A DNA stretch of 64,000 nucleotides. It comes from Calditrichia bacterium (GTDB taxonomy: Bacteria > Calditrichota > Calditrichia > JAJRVZ01). The notes beneath the pieces are model-generated. The model did no database searches, was not told the origin of the DNA, and was given only the letters and a program-made list of their open reading frames with translations. Made by a program: the position numbers and the translations under genes. This document shows, in pieces, positions 10,973 through 21,470 of the stretch. The stretch is from NCBI GenBank assembly GCA_963796965.1, contig CAWCNS010000009.1:708254-772253 (forward strand). Reading direction: 5' to 3'. Each line of letters opens with the position of its first letter. The stretch's first letter is position 1.

Positions 10973-12769
10973 TCAGTTTTTAAAAATCTTCTTTGGAATT
11001 TTAACCATTGACTCTGTTGTATCTCTGCCCATAGATATAGGGGGAAGTTTGCGTGAAATGATTGCATTTAAAGCTACTGATTTTAACTGGTTAATATGTG
11101 TTTCTGACTCATTTGTAGTGAGAGTTGTAACTATATACTCTATTACTCGTTCAGGTTGTCTGGATAAAATCTTTATTCCTTCTTTATCAATCTGTAGAAA
11201 ACTGGCAATACGATCATCCGTATTTATTTTTTTTAAAACCTTTTCTTTTGAGAATATCTCTATAGCCTTTATATAGATATCGTTTGCTGCTTCTTGATAA
11301 AGCGAAGATTGCTCAGGTGTACTTTCGATGTGTAAGAGGTCTGATCCAACCGTAAGATGGTATAATTTCTCAATAACCATGGGCACCTTATTACCGCTTA
11401 TCAGGCTGCCATATAAAGGAGCTATGATCAGTGGGTGAGGATCTATCTGCTTTATATTCTGAATGGCATACCGTACAGCATTATTTGCCGGCATATGTAA
11501 TTGATGATATGCCAGAATTCCATCAAGATGTGAGTCCTCCATCCAGAGTGATTGGTTATGCTCACGACTTAAAATACCACTAAATAGTTCCCCGCTAAAT
11601 AAAATTCTCGTGGATTTGTCATAAGTAAAGAATGTACTACCAGCAGGGCAAAATGGAGCAGAAATATATATTATCTCATGCTGTGTCGCCAATTTCACAC
11701 GCCAATCTTTCATTTTATTAATATATTTGACGTTTTTCTCATTTATATCATGTGCGACGATCAACCGCCAGTTTCCTTCTGTAGTTACACAGATAGCTTT
11801 AGGATTAGACTTTTTCAAGAATTGAACATTTTGTGTAATATGGGCGTCTTGCTGATTCAAATTGTATACATGAATGTTTTTCATATCTCCAATTAATGAT
11901 GAAAGCTTTTGCGAAATGACCGAATAATCTGATAAAGGCCCTGGGTTGAAAAGATAATTTATTTCTTTTTGACCGCTTCTAAATCTTCGTAAAAAGACGT
12001 TTGTTTGAAGAAGAGAATCTCTGTTTCTCCGGCCGATCCAATAAGTTTCGTCTTCAATTTGAACAGGAGTATTAAGATCTGTGTTATCCGTTGGTTTTTC
12101 TTTTTTAGGAACTCCGATGACTTTCTTTTTCGATTTAATTTTGAGGGTTTTTGGACGCAGAATAAAATTTCCTTTTGACCATTTTCTGAGAGAGTCCAGA
12201 GCCTCATCTTCTGCCATATCTTTATAATTTATCTTACTGACATCTCCTTTTTCCAGGTTAAAAATTCCTTCTTCGTCGCCGTTTCGCAAGACTAATTCAC
12301 CGCTGAAAGCATCTTTCATACATAATTCTAATATCTCATCGAGATTATATTCGGTTAGGGTGCCCTTTTGTACCAATGCTTCTTCGCGTCGACTCTCTAT
12401 ACGGTGAAATATTGCCTTTATCTTGACCAGAAGCTCATCAACTTTAAAGGGTTTTACGATGTAATCGTCGCTCCCTGTCTGAATCCCCTCCAGAAGCCTT
12501 TCTTTCTTAGCAGTTAGAAAAATAAATGGTATCGAGCGGGTCAGATCTGATTTTCGTACATGCTTACAAAACTCTATTCCATCCATTTCGGGCATGGCTA
12601 TGTCTGATATGATCAAATCTGGAATTGTCCTTTCCAGTTTGTTCATACCAATTTTTCCATTACTTGCTGTAATAACCTCGTAATCATCTGATAATTCTAG
12701 AATTCTTTGCACAGAATATAGAATAGAGGTTTCATCTTCAACAAGAAGTAATGTTTTTTTATTGCCCAT
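10973..12769 (-). CDS. Response regulator: REC + DUF4388-like + degenerate MBL-fold (ODP-like) domain
   Basis: REC domain (LLVEDE, DIAMPEMDG, FLTA, KPF); middle GTLTEYNLDEILELC...SGEL...W..GNF resembles DUF4388; C-terminal half TYWIGRR...LQTNVFL...TRILFSGELF...IIAPLYG resembles the MBL/ODP fold. Confidence 0.75.
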   Translation of the reverse strand: MGNKKTLLLVEDETSILYSVQRILELSDDYEVITASNGKIGMNKLERTIPDLIISDIAMPEMDGIEFCKHVRKSDLTRSIPFIFLTAKKERLLEGIQTGSDDYIVKPFKVDELLVKIKAIFHRIESRREEALVQKGTLTEYNLDEILELCMKDAFSGELVLRNGDEEGIFNLEKGDVSKINYKDMAEDEALDSLRKWSKGNFILRPKTLKIKSKKKVIGVPKKEKPTDNTDLNTPVQIEDETYWIGRRNRDSLLQTNVFLRRFRSGQKEINYLFNPGPLSDYSVISQKLSSLIGDMKNIHVYNLNQQDAHITQNVQFLKKSNPKAICVTTEGNWRLIVAHDINEKNVKYINKMKDWRVKLATQHEIIYISAPFCPAGSTFFTYDKSTRILFSGELFSGILSREHNQSLWMEDSHLDGILAYHQLHMPANNAVRYAIQNIKQIDPHPLIIAPLYGSLISGNKVPMVIEKLYHLTVGSDLLHIESTPEQSSLYQEAANDIYIKAIEIFSKEKVLKKINTDDRIASFLQIDKEGIKILSRQPERVIEYIVTTLTTNESETHINQLKSVALNAIISRKLPPISMGRDTTESMVKIPKKIFKN

Positions 12770-13142
12770 TAATATTTCCCTTCAAACCTCTCAACATATT
12801 TAGCATCCTATCTCCAACATATGACACCATCAGATGACCTTACAATAAAGAAATCCAAACTATTGTACTAATGTTAACGTACATCTGAATGAATAAGTAT
12901 GGAGACATGAAATAATTTGCAGAACTAATCTTTCTTCAAATGTCGTTTGTAAATAGGTGAAAATAATTAAATTCTTATAACATTATCAGGATTTTATAGA
13001 TTTATACCTTTAAAATAGAACCAAAAGATAAGCACCTGATAAAATTGTAAAAATAGTTCATTGTAATCACATACAAAATCTCTTACATTTGGTTATCGGA
13101 AGAAAAATCTATAATATTAATATTTTATAAAAGGAGATAAAA

Positions 13143-13586
13143 ATGACCTCCCTTCTCGAACAAATTAAAGGCACCTTAGAGGAGACTTATGATACGGTGA
13201 AAGACAGCGCCTCCGTGATGATCGAAAAAGCAGAGGATTTCGGAAAAATAAGTAAAATGAAATTTGAAGTCCGGCAACTCAGTAGTAATGCTGAAAAGAA
13301 GTTGACTGTATTGGGGGACGCCGTACTCCCCTATCTTATTAAAAATGACGTCAATGCCTTAAAAGATAACCCTGCTATTAAACTGGTTGTTGAAGAGATA
13401 CAAGATCTGAACAAAAAAATTGATGATAAACAAAAAGAAATCGATATTTTAGTTTCTGAAACTGAAAAGGTCAGCAAAGAAAAAGAAGAAGAAAAGCTAC
13501 ATACCCGAATAAATAAGCTCGAGAGTGAGATTGAAGAGCGAATGACAGAATTGAAAAAATTAAAGGATTCAGAGGACGAAGAGTAG
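13143..13586 (+). CDS. Hypothetical coiled-coil protein
   Basis: Strong RBS (AAGGAG); 147-aa E/K-rich heptad pattern. Confidence 0.8.
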   Translation: MTSLLEQIKGTLEETYDTVKDSASVMIEKAEDFGKISKMKFEVRQLSSNAEKKLTVLGDAVLPYLIKNDVNALKDNPAIKLVVEEIQDLNKKIDDKQKEIDILVSETEKVSKEKEEEKLHTRINKLESEIEERMTELKKLKDSEDEE

Positions 13587-13643
13587 TCTGATTCATTTAT
13601 CTATATATTGATTCTTTTAGCATTATCCTTAAATTAGCACATG

Positions 13644-13726
13644 TCCGTAGGGGTGTTCCGCCAAATGTGGAACTGAGATGACACCCTTCGAACCTGACCT
13701 GGATTATACCAGCGTAGGGAACCGGC
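13644..13726 (+). ncRNA. TPP (thiamine pyrophosphate) riboswitch
   Basis: Canonical elements GGGGTG...CTGAGA...ACCCTTCGAACCTGA-CCTGGATTATACCAGCGTAGGGAA upstream of thiamine uptake and activation genes. Confidence 0.96.
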
Positions 13727-13753
13727 AACAAAAATGAGATCTTCTTGATCTAT

Positions 13754-13786
13754 AGTCGTCTTCCTCGTTGGGAAACGACTTTTTTT
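13754..13786 (+). terminator. Intrinsic terminator (riboswitch expression platform)
   Basis: AGTCGT-C-TTCC...GGAA-ACGACT hairpin followed by a T-run, between the aptamer and the TonB receptor start. Confidence 0.85.
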
Positions 13787-13798
13787 ATGGGGATTTCA

Positions 13799-16345
13799 AT
13801 GAATTATTTCTCACATATTAGATATTTTTCTACTTGCATTATTTTATCTTTTTCTTCTTTTCTATTTTCCCAGGAGTTAGTGACTGTTAATGGAACTGTT
13901 TTTGATTCAGAATCGATGAAACGCTTACATGGCGCTGAACTAATTATTGAAGAATTGGGTCGTGGTACAACCTCTGATGAAAATGGGAACTACACTTTTA
14001 CTTCTGTCCCGCAGGATGTGTATACACTAAGTGCTAGTTTTATCGGATATAGGGTATCAAAAAAATCGCTGATTACGAAGAATATTTCTGAAACAACTCT
14101 AACAATTATGCTTATGCCCATGGTATTAACCGGGCAAACAATTGAAGTGACCGCTACCCGGGCCATAGATGGGGAATCGCCTGTAGCCTTTTCTAATATT
14201 ACCCGTGATGACCTAGAAGATAATTATACAGCGAGCGATATTCCTCTGCTTCTCGATCAACTCCCCGGCGTATATTCTTATTCTCTTACCGGGGACAACC
14301 TTGGGTATTCATTTTTGAAGATCCGCGGCTTTGATCAATCACGTGTTGGTGTGATGATCAATGAAATTCCCATAAATGACCCGGAGGATCAGCAGGTTTA
14401 TTGGATTGACCATCCCGATTTAGCAGAAAGTGTAGAAGATATTCAGGTTCAAAGGGGTGTAGGAAGCAGTATCTACGGTACTTCTACGTTTGGAGGATCT
14501 GTAAATATCAATACAAAAAATTTCAGTTCGAGACGAACGGCCAAGATCACCTTTGGTGGGGGGAGTTTTAACACCCGAAAGGTAATGGCCGAATACCAAT
14601 CAGGGATGGTACAAAATACTTATGGTTTTTATGGAAGAATCTCCAAGATAACAAGCGATGGATACCGGAACGACTCATCATCGGATCTATTAGCCTATTT
14701 CCTTGGCATTGAACGGTATGACAAAAACATAGTTACCCGCTTGAACATATTTAGTGGACACGAACGGACACATCCGGATTGGGATGGTATTCCAGAGGAT
14801 ATCCTGGCAACTGACCGACAATATAAAAAAGAAACTTATGAAAATGCCGTTGATGACTTTACCCAACCACAGATTCATTTGATTAACGATTGGCAACTCT
14901 CTCACAATTTAAATTTAACGAATACCTTTTACCTGGTTCACGGGCAGGGGTATTATGAAAATGCAAAACAAGAAGCGAAACTTACTGACTACGGAATGAC
15001 CTATTTTAATACCATTGAACCAAATCTATTTGGTTCAGACTCCTTGTATTATTATCAATCCGATGGCGATACAGCATTGTATCGTACAAGTGATGGTGAT
15101 TATGTTGTTAAACGAACAGATCTAACCAGACAAAAATATGTGAATAAAAATCACTATGGGTGGATTGGCAAATTAACGGTTACTGGAGACGATGAAGTCC
15201 TTACTCTTGGTACGTCAATCTATAAGTTTAAAAGTAATCATCATGGCCAAGTGGTATGGGCAAAAAATCTTCCCTATATATATAACCCTGAAAGAAAATA
15301 TTATAAATACAATGGAAGCAAAAACAATATATCAGCATATCTAAATTATCTGTATAATATGTTTCCAAACACAAAAGTTCTGGTTAATATGCTATATGAG
15401 CATAAAAATTATGCGTTTAAACAAGAAAAAACGGCATTATTTTCAGGCGCTTCATTAAATCAATATGATGTTTCCTATAATTTTTATAGTCCCCGTATGG
15501 GAATTAATTTTAAAGTATCTGACGAATTTAGCTTTTTCGGAAATATTTCATACGCCCAGAGGGAACCGGCGGATAACGAACTGTTTGATCTCTGGACTGG
15601 ACCCGATGACCTTGGCGCTACGCCATTGTTCGCAAAAAGTGATACAATCCGTGTGAATGGAGAAATCCAATATGTCAAATGGGAAGAGCCCTATGTTGAG
15701 CCCGAATCAGTTATCGACTACGAGGCCGGCCTATCCTATTTCAGTGAAAATTTTGCAGCTAAGGCGAATCTATATTATATGGATTTCTCGAATGAGATCG
15801 TACCCCTTGGATCCAGGGACAAAGATGGTAATCCAATTCGGGGAAATTCCGACAAAACGATTCACAGTGGCTTGGAACTTTCTCTTGATTATAATCCCAC
15901 AAATAATATTAAAATGACTGGTAATCTGGCCTGGAGTAAGAACTTTTACCATCTGTATTTTGAAAAAAGCTGGGACGGTGAGGTAGTTGATCGCAGTGGA
16001 AATACAATTGCAGGATTTCCTGATTTAATTGGTAACTTTGGTTTATCCGGTTCATGGCAAAGTTTTTCCTCTGCCTTATTTCTTAAATATGTGGGTAAAC
16101 AATATCTTGACAATACGCAAAATGAAAATAGAATCATCGATCCATTTACCCGACTTGATTTAATTTTGGGTTATCGCATTAAAGATTTCTATTATTTTCC
16201 TGAAATTAGATTTCTATTTAAGATTATTAATGTTCTAGATGAAGAATATGAGACAGCAGGATATTATGATAGCTGGGGAGGATTGGCTTATTATTACCCT
16301 GCAGCTATACGAAACTACTACTTTTCCATAAGCTTTAATCTTTAA
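13799..16345 (+). CDS. TonB-dependent receptor, probable thiamine importer
   Basis: Signal peptide, CarboxypepD-like N-domain, plug (IRGFDQSRVGVMINEIPINDPE; IQVQRGVGSS), C-terminal aromatic beta strand; under TPP riboswitch control. Start moved to ATG 13799, downstream of the terminator. Confidence 0.9.
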   Translation: MNYFSHIRYFSTCIILSFSSFLFSQELVTVNGTVFDSESMKRLHGAELIIEELGRGTTSDENGNYTFTSVPQDVYTLSASFIGYRVSKKSLITKNISETTLTIMLMPMVLTGQTIEVTATRAIDGESPVAFSNITRDDLEDNYTASDIPLLLDQLPGVYSYSLTGDNLGYSFLKIRGFDQSRVGVMINEIPINDPEDQQVYWIDHPDLAESVEDIQVQRGVGSSIYGTSTFGGSVNINTKNFSSRRTAKITFGGGSFNTRKVMAEYQSGMVQNTYGFYGRISKITSDGYRNDSSSDLLAYFLGIERYDKNIVTRLNIFSGHERTHPDWDGIPEDILATDRQYKKETYENAVDDFTQPQIHLINDWQLSHNLNLTNTFYLVHGQGYYENAKQEAKLTDYGMTYFNTIEPNLFGSDSLYYYQSDGDTALYRTSDGDYVVKRTDLTRQKYVNKNHYGWIGKLTVTGDDEVLTLGTSIYKFKSNHHGQVVWAKNLPYIYNPERKYYKYNGSKNNISAYLNYLYNMFPNTKVLVNMLYEHKNYAFKQEKTALFSGASLNQYDVSYNFYSPRMGINFKVSDEFSFFGNISYAQREPADNELFDLWTGPDDLGATPLFAKSDTIRVNGEIQYVKWEEPYVEPESVIDYEAGLSYFSENFAAKANLYYMDFSNEIVPLGSRDKDGNPIRGNSDKTIHSGLELSLDYNPTNNIKMTGNLAWSKNFYHLYFEKSWDGEVVDRSGNTIAGFPDLIGNFGLSGSWQSFSSALFLKYVGKQYLDNTQNENRIIDPFTRLDLILGYRIKDFYYFPEIRFLFKIINVLDEEYETAGYYDSWGGLAYYYPAAIRNYYFSISFNL

Positions 16346-16374
16346 ATGTCTATAATTCGGAAGACCTTGAATAA

Positions 16375-17025
16375 ATGGGAATTAAAAAGAAACCACAATC
16401 CATCTTAGTTATAGCAAACGGTCGATTACCCCAGAAATATTATGTCAAAAGGTTAGTCTCAGGGGCCCGATACATCATTGCCGTTGATGGCGGTAGTAAT
16501 TTTTGTTATGAAGAAAATATTTACCCTCATTTTATAATAGGTGATTTGGATTCCATCGATAACAAAGTACTAAAACATTTTCATGATGCAGAAATTATTC
16601 AGATTAAAGATCAGAATCGACACGACCTCGATAAAGCCTTGGAATTTGCACAATCGCTAAGTCCCGACAAAATAGCTGTGGTCGGAGCATTTGGTAAGCG
16701 GCTTGATCATTCTATTGCTAATCTACTGCTTCTTCAATCATTAAAATCCAACTGTTCAATTACCTTTTTTGATGACTATGGCAGGTTATCCCTTTTAAGT
16801 GAAAATCACAAAATCGATTGTTACAAAAACCAGACCGTTTCTCTATTCAGTTTCTTACCCATACAGGGATTAACTCTGGAAGGATTCAAATATTCTCTTC
16901 AAAACCAAGATTTTCCAAATGGATTTAGTGGACTCAGCAATATAGCTATTACAGATCAGCCAAAAATTATAATTAAAAGCGGCTCTTTATTTCTATATAT
17001 TATTCATGAAGACATTACAACTTAA
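16375..17025 (+). CDS. thiN: Thiamine diphosphokinase
   Basis: IAVDGG, IGDLDS, DLDKAL, GKRLDH, GLSN motifs. Confidence 0.93.
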   Translation: MGIKKKPQSILVIANGRLPQKYYVKRLVSGARYIIAVDGGSNFCYEENIYPHFIIGDLDSIDNKVLKHFHDAEIIQIKDQNRHDLDKALEFAQSLSPDKIAVVGAFGKRLDHSIANLLLLQSLKSNCSITFFDDYGRLSLLSENHKIDCYKNQTVSLFSFLPIQGLTLEGFKYSLQNQDFPNGFSGLSNIAITDQPKIIIKSGSLFLYIIHEDITT

Positions 17026-18418
17026 CTACTGGGACTATTTAGTCTTAATTACTTATATTCTGATTCTTTTTTACCTTGGATATCGAGCCTATCGAAGGAC
17101 AGATAAGAAGAGTGCAGACGATTTTTTATTGGGCAACCGCCTTCTTAGTTTACCTGCATTTATTGCTACTCTGGTCACAACCTGGTATGGTGGTATTTTG
17201 GGTGTTGGTGAATTTGCTTATTTGTATGGAATTTCCAGTTGGTTCGTCTTTGGGCTACCCTATTATATATTCGCGGGCCTGTTTGCTGCATTGCTGGCTG
17301 GAAAAATAAGAAATGCCGGGCAAATAACTATTGCTGATATGTTCTATGCCCAGCATAATAAAGCTGTAGGTATTTTGGGAAGTATCTTCCTTATATTTAT
17401 GACAACCCCGGCACCCTATATCCTCATGATCGCTCTCCTGTTGCAAATTATAATGGGCTGGTCGTTTCTTGTCTCCCTACTAATAGGTACGATTATTTCA
17501 ACATGTTACGTGTACTTTGGAGGATTTCGTTCTGTTGTTCAAACAGACAAGTTTCAATTTATTCTCATTTATTCGGGTTTTCTTATCATACTTATTTATC
17601 TGGTTAAAGATTTTGGGGGATATTCATTTTTATCACATCGGCTATCTCCTAATCATCTGACCTGGCATGGTGGTAATACTTTTCAGTATATATTTGTTTG
17701 GTTTTTTCTTGCTAGTTGGACTTTTGTTGATCCTGGATTTCATCAGCGCTGTGCTGCTGCAAAATCTACACTTATTGCCAGGAAAGGAATTTATGTTTCC
17801 ATTCTATTTTGGTTCATTTTTGACTTTTTAACAGTTAGTACAGGTTTGTATGCAGGAGCAATTTTAAATGATATTGATCCCATATTAGCCTATCCAATGT
17901 TGGCAAATAGGGTACTGCCTCCATTTTTAAAGGGATTATTTATTACAGGTTTGTTAGCTGTAATTATGTCGACAGTAGATAGCTTTTCCTTTTTATCAGC
18001 CATTACTTTTGGGCGGGATTTGCTCTGGCGTCTCAGTACAACTAAAAAGCTAACGCTAAGTGGATATACACGTCTTGGTCTTTTCATTACTGCCCTATTA
18101 TCGATTGCTCTCTGTATCGTGTTCCCCTCAGTAATCGAATTATGGTATGTAATTGGAAGTTTGTTTATCCCTCCGATGATTCTACCATTATTAACTGCCT
18201 ACTTTCCAAGACTAAAACTTTCAGGAAATCAAACACTATTTATCATGATAATTAGCTTTTCCATATCTTTAGGCTCCTTTATCATCGGTCAGCTAAACAT
18301 TCAAGATGGTAATCCCAGGTACCTTTTTGAGTTAGAACCCTTTTTTCCTGGTATAATCACATGCATTTTGCTATTTATTGTTCTAAAAACATTAAGCAGT
18401 AAAATTAATCAGAAATAA
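17006..18418 (+). CDS. Sodium:solute symporter (SSS/ThiV-like), probable thiamine or precursor uptake
   Basis: Many TM helices; DFLLGNR, TTWYGG, GGFRSVVQTD, MSTVDS; overlaps thiN. Confidence 0.85.
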   Translation: MKTLQLNYWDYLVLITYILILFYLGYRAYRRTDKKSADDFLLGNRLLSLPAFIATLVTTWYGGILGVGEFAYLYGISSWFVFGLPYYIFAGLFAALLAGKIRNAGQITIADMFYAQHNKAVGILGSIFLIFMTTPAPYILMIALLLQIIMGWSFLVSLLIGTIISTCYVYFGGFRSVVQTDKFQFILIYSGFLIILIYLVKDFGGYSFLSHRLSPNHLTWHGGNTFQYIFVWFFLASWTFVDPGFHQRCAAAKSTLIARKGIYVSILFWFIFDFLTVSTGLYAGAILNDIDPILAYPMLANRVLPPFLKGLFITGLLAVIMSTVDSFSFLSAITFGRDLLWRLSTTKKLTLSGYTRLGLFITALLSIALCIVFPSVIELWYVIGSLFIPPMILPLLTAYFPRLKLSGNQTLFIMIISFSISLGSFIIGQLNIQDGNPRYLFELEPFFPGIITCILLFIVLKTLSSKINQK

Positions 18419-18577
18419 ATCTCAAACTGAGATCGAATTGCTTCTTTGCTAACGATAAAATAAATTCCCACTTAACGCGTATTAATAGCATTTTTATTGT
18501 AAGTAGAATATTACTTCTTTATCATGATGACATTGTCAGTAACTCAATTATTTTTTCTATAAAAAAGTTGAATATCT

Positions 18578-19594
18578 ATGGGTACTTTATATAATCGAAT
18601 TAAACGATACTGGAAACCTGGACTAAGCTATGGGCTTGGGCTCCGCAATTCTCTGGCGGGGCCAATAACGGTACATATCGAAACAACAAATATTTGCAAT
18701 TTCCGGTGTGTCTATTGTCCGCAAAGTAATCCTGAAGACCATTTTACGATTTTGGGCCGGGGTAAAATGGCACTAGATGATTACAAAATAATTATAGATA
18801 AAATAACCAACACCTGGCCCTTAGAAGAAATTATCCTTACGCGAGACGGAGAACCACTGGTTCATCCTCAATTAGGTGATTTTATTGCATATGCATCAGA
18901 AAAGAGATTACAGGTAACCATTGGATCAAATGGGTCCTATTTTAATGACGATCGCGTAAAAGAGCTAATTGACAATGGGTTGACAAAAGTCAAAGGCGAT
19001 TTTTGCTATGACAAAAAAAAATATGAGGATTTAAGAAAAGGAGGTGTCTGGGAAGACGTTTTAGGTGGCTACCAAAATTTGGTGCAATATGCCATCAAAA
19101 ATAATAAAAATTTCCAGTTGATTTTGGTTGATTTAAACAGTTATGGACTAAAGAATTCGGAAGAAGTTGAAGATAGTATACACAAACTAAAGAATTTGTT
19201 CGACTTCCCGGAGAGATTCCTTTCTATTGGCCCATCTATCATGCATAATGCATTTAATGAAGCACAAACAATCCTTTCTACCAGCAACAAGCTAGATAAA
19301 AGAAAATATAATCGTTGTCATCATCCCTGGATTGAACTTATTATTGACTATAAAGGAAATGCCGTTGGTTGCTGTAGAGATCTGCGGAGCGAGTATATTC
19401 TCGGAAATGTAATGGACAGCGAGGATATTATTAATGATATCTGGAACGGTGAACAGATGCAAAACCTGAGAAAGAAATTAGCCAATAAAAAACCTGAAGA
19501 AATTTCAATCTGTAGTAAATGTGACCTTCCTTATGGTGTATCCTATGCTGGCCGTGGTATTCTTAATAAATATATTCGTTTCTTAAAAAGATAA
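18578..19594 (+). CDS. Radical SAM protein with SPASM/twitch domain
   Basis: CNFRCVYC (Cx3Cx2C), GEPL, C-terminal CHHPW...GCC...CSKC. Confidence 0.9.
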   Translation: MGTLYNRIKRYWKPGLSYGLGLRNSLAGPITVHIETTNICNFRCVYCPQSNPEDHFTILGRGKMALDDYKIIIDKITNTWPLEEIILTRDGEPLVHPQLGDFIAYASEKRLQVTIGSNGSYFNDDRVKELIDNGLTKVKGDFCYDKKKYEDLRKGGVWEDVLGGYQNLVQYAIKNNKNFQLILVDLNSYGLKNSEEVEDSIHKLKNLFDFPERFLSIGPSIMHNAFNEAQTILSTSNKLDKRKYNRCHHPWIELIIDYKGNAVGCCRDLRSEYILGNVMDSEDIINDIWNGEQMQNLRKKLANKKPEEISICSKCDLPYGVSYAGRGILNKYIRFLKR

Positions 19595-19622
19595 CTTCCA
19601 TATTTTGATCAAGATTCTCAGA

Positions 19623-21299
19623 TTAATTTTGATCACCACCTGGAATATCTTTTAGTAATGCTTTTCCGGGTTTGGCTCCCGTATGTTGTCCTTGCTCGAC
19701 AACCATTTTTCCATTTACAATAACATAATTGATCCCCTGGGGGTATTGATGAGGTTGGACATATGTTGCCATATCTTTGACTTTTTGTGGATCAAAAATC
19801 ACGATATCAGCCGCCATGCCTCTTTTTAATATCCCACGGTCAAGCAGACCTAACCGGGCAGCTGGTAATGATGTCATTTTTCGGATAGCCTCGGAAAGTG
19901 ATATAACATTCTCATCACGTACATATTTTCCAAGAATCCTTGGGAAAGTTCCATATGCCCGAGGATGGGGATTTCTTTTCCCCATTAATCCTTCCGGTCG
20001 GTATGCATCTTCATCTGTGCAAAAAGAAACCCAAGGCAATTGCAATTTTTTTGATACATTTTCCTCAGACATCAGAAAATATATACCTCCCCCATAACCC
20101 TCTTCTTCGACGAGTAAATCAAAGATGACCGAAATTTCATCTTTCTTTTTTATTTTAGCAATCTCTTCTATTGATTTCCCTTGTAATGATTTGTTCTTTT
20201 CTGAAAGATAACTGACTAAAATACCTTTACCTCCTCCTGCCATTTGATAAAAATTTTCCCATCCTGATCTACTGGTAAGTATTTCGTTTCGAATTCTATC
20301 ACGAATGTTATCATCTCTTAACCGTTCAATAAGAGCTTCATCTCCACCTTCCTTCGCCCAGGGTGGTATCATTGCATCCAAACCGGTTGCACCTGCTGTA
20401 TAAGGATAAATATCTGCCGTAATATCAAGACCTTTTGCATGCGCATCTTTAATTTTCTTAATAGCTATCTCGAGCAAATCCCAATTTTCTTTTCCAGCCG
20501 CTTTAAAGTGATATATCTCCGCAGGAATTTCAGCCTTTTCACTAATCGTGAGAATTTCATCGATTGATTCAAGAAGATCCCCACCTTCGCCACGAATATG
20601 GGAGATGTATATCCCACCATATTCTGCTGCTACTTTAGATAGTTCTACTAGCTCATTTGTATTCGCGTAAAATGCAGGTGTATAGACAAGACTTGATGCA
20701 ACACCTAGTGCACCTTCTTTCATTGCATCACGAACCAGATCCTTCATTTGCTTCATTTCTGCAGGAGATGCCTGTCGATCTTCGAAACCAATAACATACA
20801 TCCGAACTGTAGTTGCACCGATAAATGAGGCGATGTTTACTGACGACCCCTTTTCCTCCACATATTTCAGATAATCCGATAATGAATCCCAATCATAAGA
20901 TATATTGTATTCTAACCAAAAATTTTTCATCCCTTGTTTAATGTTCTCGTTAACCGGACCCATTGACCAGCCTTCACCAAAGATTGCTGTTGTTATGCCT
21001 TGTTGCACGACACTGCGGACTTCCCCATCATAGAGCACAGGGCCGGAAGCCCAGGATAAAATGTCGATAAATCCAGGAGAAATAATTTGCTCCTTAGCAT
21101 CGATCTCAAGTTTTCCGGAAGCAGAAATATGTTCCTCAATTACTTTAATTCTATCACTTTGAATTCCAATATCTGACTTGTATCCCTTGGAACCACTACC
21201 ATCCAGGATCGTTCCATTGCGGATTATAATGTCATACTCATCCCAATCACATCCATTAAACAGTAAAAATGGTATAGAAAGAACTAACAAAAATTTCAT
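19623..21299 (-). CDS. D-aminoacylase-like amidohydrolase lipoprotein (atypical metal site)
   Basis: Lipobox LFNGC; PGFID, YISHIR, IYHFK, DIYPY, CTD, PHPRAYGTFPR. HxH is replaced by ILSW. Confidence 0.85.
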   Translation of the reverse strand: MKFLLVLSIPFLLFNGCDWDEYDIIIRNGTILDGSGSKGYKSDIGIQSDRIKVIEEHISASGKLEIDAKEQIISPGFIDILSWASGPVLYDGEVRSVVQQGITTAIFGEGWSMGPVNENIKQGMKNFWLEYNISYDWDSLSDYLKYVEEKGSSVNIASFIGATTVRMYVIGFEDRQASPAEMKQMKDLVRDAMKEGALGVASSLVYTPAFYANTNELVELSKVAAEYGGIYISHIRGEGGDLLESIDEILTISEKAEIPAEIYHFKAAGKENWDLLEIAIKKIKDAHAKGLDITADIYPYTAGATGLDAMIPPWAKEGGDEALIERLRDDNIRDRIRNEILTSRSGWENFYQMAGGGKGILVSYLSEKNKSLQGKSIEEIAKIKKKDEISVIFDLLVEEEGYGGGIYFLMSEENVSKKLQLPWVSFCTDEDAYRPEGLMGKRNPHPRAYGTFPRILGKYVRDENVISLSEAIRKMTSLPAARLGLLDRGILKRGMAADIVIFDPQKVKDMATYVQPHQYPQGINYVIVNGKMVVEQGQHTGAKPGKALLKDIPGGDQN

Positions 21300-21470
21300 T
21301 GGTGCTCCTGATAGTCAAAAAAATGTTGATGAAAAATTAGAATTAAACCGAATAAAACTTTATTAATATAAAAATAAATCCCGTCAGTATATAATTCTTT
21401 AGTTGTCCAGCTAGAATCTATGAGATTCATTAAGGAGATATTACCAAAATTTTAAATTTGCTTTAATAAA

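Noticed and set aside
13745..13798. N-terminal extension of the TonB receptor from TTG 13745
   Set aside because: It overlaps the riboswitch terminator; ATG 13799 gives a normal signal peptide.
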